The position numbers and the translations under genes are program-made. Shown here piece by piece: positions 59,561-64,000 of a stretch of DNA of 64,000 bases. Position 1 is the stretch's first letter. Each line of letters starts with the position of its first letter. The DNA is from Mobula hypostoma (Eukaryota), in the NCBI RefSeq assembly GCF_963921235.1, contig NC_086108.1, forward strand, positions 113,338,001 to 113,402,000, in the 5' to 3' direction. Under the pieces are notes generated by a model, which saw only the letters and a list, made by a program, of their open reading frames with translations, was not told where the DNA came from and ran no database searches.

Positions 59561-61479
59561 ACAGTACAGAACAGGAACACAGAACAGTACAGAACAGGAA
59601 CACAGAACAGTACAGAACAGGAACATAGAACAGTACAGAACAGGAACACAGAACAGTACAGAACAGGAACACAGAACAGTACAGAACAGGAACACAGAAC
59701 AGTACAGAACAGGAACATAGAACAGTACAGAACAGGAGCACAGAACAGTACAGAACAGGAACATAGAACAGTACAGGAACACAGAACACAGAATAGGAAC
59801 ACAGAACAGTACAGAACAGGAACACAGTACAGTACAGAACAGGAACATAGAACAGTGCAGAACAGGAGCACAGAACAGTAATAGAACCGGAACACAGAAC
59901 AGGAACATAGAAGAGTACAGGGTAGGAACACAGAACAGTACAGAACAGGAATACAGAACAGTACAGAACAGGAACACAGATCAGTACAGAACAGGAAAAC
60001 GGAACAGTACAGAACAGCAACAGCGAACAGTACAGTAGAGGAACACAGAACAGTACTGACCAGGAACATACAAAAGTACAGAAAAGGAGCATAGAACAGT
60101 ACAGAACAGGAACACAGAGCGGTACAGAACAGGAACACAGAACAGTACAGAACAGGAACACAGAACAGTACAGAACAGGAACACAGAACAGGAACATAGA
60201 ACAGTACAGAACAGGAACACAGAACAGTACAGAACAGGAACACAGAACAGTACAGAACAGGAACATACAAAAGTACAGAAAAGGAGCATAGAACAGTACA
60301 GCATAGGAACACAGAATAGTACAGAACAGGAACACAGAACAGGAACATAGAAGAGTACAGGATAGGAACACAGAACAGTAGAGAACAGGAACACAGATCA
60401 GTACAGAACAGGAAAACGGAACAGTACAGAACAGCAACAGCGAACAGTACAGTAGAGGAACATAGAACAGTACTGACCAGGAACACAGAACAGTACAGAA
60501 GAGGAATGTAGAACAGTACTGAACAGGAATATAGAACAGTACAGAACAGGAGCATAGAACAGTACAGAATGGGAACATGGAACAGTACAAAACAGGAACA
60601 CGGAACAGTACAGAACGGGCACATGGAACAGTACAGAACGGGAACACAGAACAGTACAGAACTGGAACAGAGGGCAGTACAGAACAGCAACACAAAACAG
60701 TACAGAACAGCAACACAGGACAGTACAGAACAGGAACATAGAGCAGTACAGAACAGGAACACAGAATAGTTCTGAACAGGAACAGTGAACAGTACAGAAC
60801 AGGAAAAGGGAACAGTACAGAACCGGAACACGGAACATTACAGAACAGGAACTTGGAACAGTACAGAACAGGTACACAGAACAGTACAGAACAGGAACAC
60901 GGAACATTACAGAACAGGAACAGAGAACAGTACAGAACAGGAACATTGAACAGTAATAGAACCAGAACACAGAACAGGAACATAGAAGAGTACAGGATAG
61001 GAACACAGAACAGTACAGAACAGGAATACAGAACAGGAACACAGTACAGTACAGAACAGGAACATAGAACAGAGCAGAACAGGAGCACAGAACAGTACAG
61101 AACAGGAATACAGAACAGTACAGAACAGGAACACAGATCAGTACAGAACAGGAAAACGGAACAGTACAAGATAGCAATAGCGAACAGTACAGTAGAGGAA
61201 CACAGAACAGTACTGACCAGGAACACAAGAACAGTACAGAAGAGGAATATAGAACAGTACAGAACAGGAAAATAGAACAGTACAGAATGGGAACATGGAA
61301 CAGTACAAAACAGGAATACGGAACAGTACATACCAGGAACTTGGAACACTACAGAACAGGAACACAGAACAGTACAGAACAGGATTGTAGAACAGTACAG
61401 AACAGGATCATAGAGCAGTACAACACAGGAACACAGAACAGCAGACAAGATGAATATAGATCAGTGCAGATCAGGAACA

Positions 61480-61960
61480 CAGAACAGTACAGAACAGGAC
61501 CACAGAACAGAAACACGGAACAGTACAGAACAGGAACATAGAACAGTACAGAACAGGAACACAGAACTAGAACACGGAACAGTACAGAACAGGAACATAC
61601 AAAAGTACAGAAAAGGAGCATAGAACAGTACAGCACGGGAACACAGAACGGTACAGAACAGGAACACAGAACGGTACAGAACAGGAACACAGAACGGTAC
61701 AGAACAGGAACACAGAACGGTACAGAACAGGAACACAGAACAGTACAGAACAGGACCACAGAACAGAAACACGGAACAGTACAGAACAGGAACATAGAAC
61801 AGTACAGAACAGGAACACAGAACTAGAACACGGAACAGTACAGAACAGGAACATACAAAAGTACAGAAAAGGAGCATAGAACAGTACAGCACGGGAACAC
61901 AGAACGGTACAGAACAGGAACACAGAACGGTACAGAACAGGAACACAGAACAGTACAGAA
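61480..61960. repeat. 256-bp tandem duplication containing a run of ACAGAACGGTAC variant monomers
   Basis: GGACCACAGAACAGAAACACGG occurs at about 61497 and 61753. Matching ORF boundaries lie at 61567/61823. Confidence 0.75.
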
Positions 61961-63129
61961 CAGGAACATGGCACAGTACCAAACAGGAACACAGAACAGT
62001 ACAGAACAGGAACACAGAACAGTACAGAACAGGAACATGGAACTGTACAGAATCAGAACACAGAACAGTACGGAACGGGAACACGGAACAGTACAGAATA
62101 GGAACACAGTACAGTACAGAACAGGAGCACAGAACGGTACAGAACAGGAACAGAGAACAGTACAGAGCAGGAATACTGAACAGTAATAGAACCGGAACAC
62201 AGAACAGGAACATAGAAGAGTACAGGATAGGAACACAGAACAGTACAGAACAGGAATACAGAACAGTACAGAACAGGAACACAGAGCAGTACAGAACAGG
62301 AAAACGGAACAGTACAGAACAGCAACAGCGAACAGTACAGTAGAGGAACACAGAACAGTACTGACCAGGAACACAGAACAGTACAGAAGAGGAACGTAGA
62401 ACAGTACTGAACAGGAATATAGAACAGTACAGAACGGGAACATAGAACAGTACAGAATGGGAACATGGAACAGTACAAAACAGGAACACGGAACAGTACA
62501 GAACGGGCACATGGAACAGTACAGAACGGGAACAGAGGGCAGTACAGAACAGCAACACAAAACAGTACAGAACAGCAACACAGGACAGTACAGAACAGGA
62601 ACACGGATGAGTTCAGAACAGGAACAGAGAACAGTACAGAACAGGAAAAGGGAACAGTACAGAACCGGAACGCGGAACATTACAGTACAGGAACTTGGAA
62701 CAGTACAGAACAGGTTCACAGAACAGTACAGAACAGGAACACGGAACATTACAGAACAGGAATACGGAACAGTACATAACAGGAACTAGGAACACTACAG
62801 AACAGAAACACAGAACAGTACAGAACAGGATTGTAGAACAGTACAGAACAGGATCATAGAGCAGTACAACACAGTAACACAGAACAGCAGACAAGATGAA
62901 TATAGAACAGTGCAGAACAGTACAGAACAGGACCACAGAACAGTACAGAACAGAAACACGGAACAGTACAGAACAGAAACACGGAACAGTACAGAACAGG
63001 AACATAGAACAGTACAGAACAGGAACACAGAACTAGAACACGGAACAGTACAGAACAGGAACATAGAACGGTACAGAACAGGAACATACAAAAGTACAGA
63101 AAAGGAGCACAGAACAGTACAGAACAGGA

Positions 63130-64000
63130 ACACAGAACAGTACAGAACAGGAACACGGAACGATACAGAACAGGAACATAGAACAGTACAACAAAGGAAC
63201 ACAGAACAGTACAGAACAGGAACATAGAACAGCAGAGAACAGGAATATAGAACACTTCAGAACAGGAACACAGAACTGTACAGAACAGTACAGACGAGGA
63301 ACACGGAACAGTGCAGAACAGGAACACAGATGAGTACAGAACAGGAATACAGAACAGTACAGAACAGGAACATGGAATAGTAAAGAACAGGAACAGCAAA
63401 CAGTACAGAGGAGGAACACAGAACAGTATAGAACAGGAACATAGAAAAGTACAGAAAAGGAACATAGAACAGTACAGAACAGGAACACAGAACGGTACAG
63501 AACAGGAACACAGAATAGGAACATGGCACAGTACCGAACAGGAACACAGAACAGTACAGAACAGGAACATGGAACAGTACAGAACAAGAACAGTAAACAG
63601 TACAGAGGAAGAACACAGAACAGTACAGAACAGGAACACGGAACGATACAGAACAGGAACATAGAACAGTACAACAAAGGAACACAGAACAATACAGAAC
63701 AGGAACATAGAACAGCAGAGAACAGGAATATAGAACACTTCAGAACAGGAACACAGAACTGTACAGAACAGTACAGACGAGGAACACGGAACAGTACAGA
63801 AGAGGAACACAGATGAGTACAGAACAGGAATACAGAACAGTACAGAACAGGAACATGGAACAGTAAAGAACAGGAACAGCAAACAGTACAGAGGAGGAAC
63901 ACAGAACAGTATAGAACAGGAACATAGAAAAGTACAGAAAAGGAACATAGAACAGTACAGAACAGGAACACAGAACGGTACAGAACAGGAACACAGAATA
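63130..64000. repeat. 483-bp (21 x 23) tandem higher-order repeat, second copy truncated by the window end
   Basis: CGATACAGAAC occurs at 63161 and 63644. Matching ORF boundaries lie at 63257/63740. Both copies share CACTTCAG, CAGACGAGG and CAGATGAGTAC. Confidence 0.85.

Larger units (their letters stand above)
1..64000. repeat. Tandem satellite DNA array, 23-bp monomer (consensus ACAGAACAGTACAGAACAGGAAC), about 2,800 copies, single orientation, extends past both window edges
   Basis: The monomer is readable throughout. Near-pure consensus runs occur at about 17,990-18,120, 24,440-24,550 and 59,560-59,720. The consensus has 12 A, 5 C, 5 G and 1 T, giving extreme strand asymmetry, and carries one GTAC (RsaI site) per unit. 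All six frames translate to 23-aa periodic peptides (TEQYRTGTQNSTEQEHRTVQNRN on +, CTVLCSCSVLFCVPVLYCSVFLF on -). Confidence 0.99.
59560..64000. repeat. Right flanking satellite layer, related to the 44-48 kb sequence, with local duplications
   Basis: It shares rare markers with 44.3-47.7 kb: CATAGAAGAGTACAGG(G/A)TAGG, CAGCAACAGCGAACAGTACAGTAG and GAACAGAGGGCAGTAC. Local offsets are 417 (59981/60398) and 256 (61567/61823). Confidence 0.75.

Noticed and set aside
1..64000. CRISPR array (23-bp repeat length)
   Set aside because: The repeats are head-to-tail with no unique spacers, leader or cas genes.
1..64000. Telomerase-type telomeric repeat (TG-rich minus strand; some yeasts have 23-bp units)
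   Set aside because: The sequence does not match telomere units I know and lacks G-runs. Heavy divergence with kb-scale HORs over 64 kb fits recombination-driven satellite rather than template synthesis.
1..64000. Fungal RIP (CpA>TpA) as the cause of the TA variants
   Set aside because: Most CpA sites remain intact, and the change is concentrated at one site that also shows CG and TG states.
1..64000. Non-B structures (G-quadruplex, triplex, cruciform) or an array inversion
   Set aside because: There are no recurrent GGG tracts, and purine runs are broken by C every few bases. Only short palindromes occur (GTAC, CTGTACAG, CAGTACTG), and I saw no reverse-orientation segment.
1..64000. Pure sequencing or assembly artefact, or synthetic sequence
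   Set aside because: Nested, collinear shared variants at exact offsets indicate real duplication history. Copy numbers of individual near-identical units could still be mis-assembled.

Overview
The whole 64-kb window is one uninterrupted tandem satellite array, most likely eukaryotic. It contains about 2,800 copies (64,000/23) of a 23-bp monomer, consensus ACAGAACAGTACAGAACAGGAAC, all in the same orientation. I found no unique sequence, gene, RNA gene, transposon or CRISPR array. All ORFs in the track are artefacts. The consensus monomer has no stop codon on either strand, and because 23 is not divisible by 3, every frame reads the same 23-aa periodic peptide. The notable features are in the internal architecture. 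Diagnostic variants divide the array into layered domains: A (about 1-25.2 kb, irregular 1.7/3.4-kb higher-order units), B (about 25.2-35.85 kb), C (about 35.85-46 kb, most diverged), a young, highly homogeneous 1,326-bp higher-order repeat (HOR) block (about 48.35-59.5 kb), and older flanks on both sides of that block that share markers. One monomer position toggles among CG/TG/CA/TA, which suggests methyl-CpG decay. I could not identify the host or the satellite family, and I see no evidence of a novel gene-encoded system. Domain boundaries were judged by eye and are approximate.
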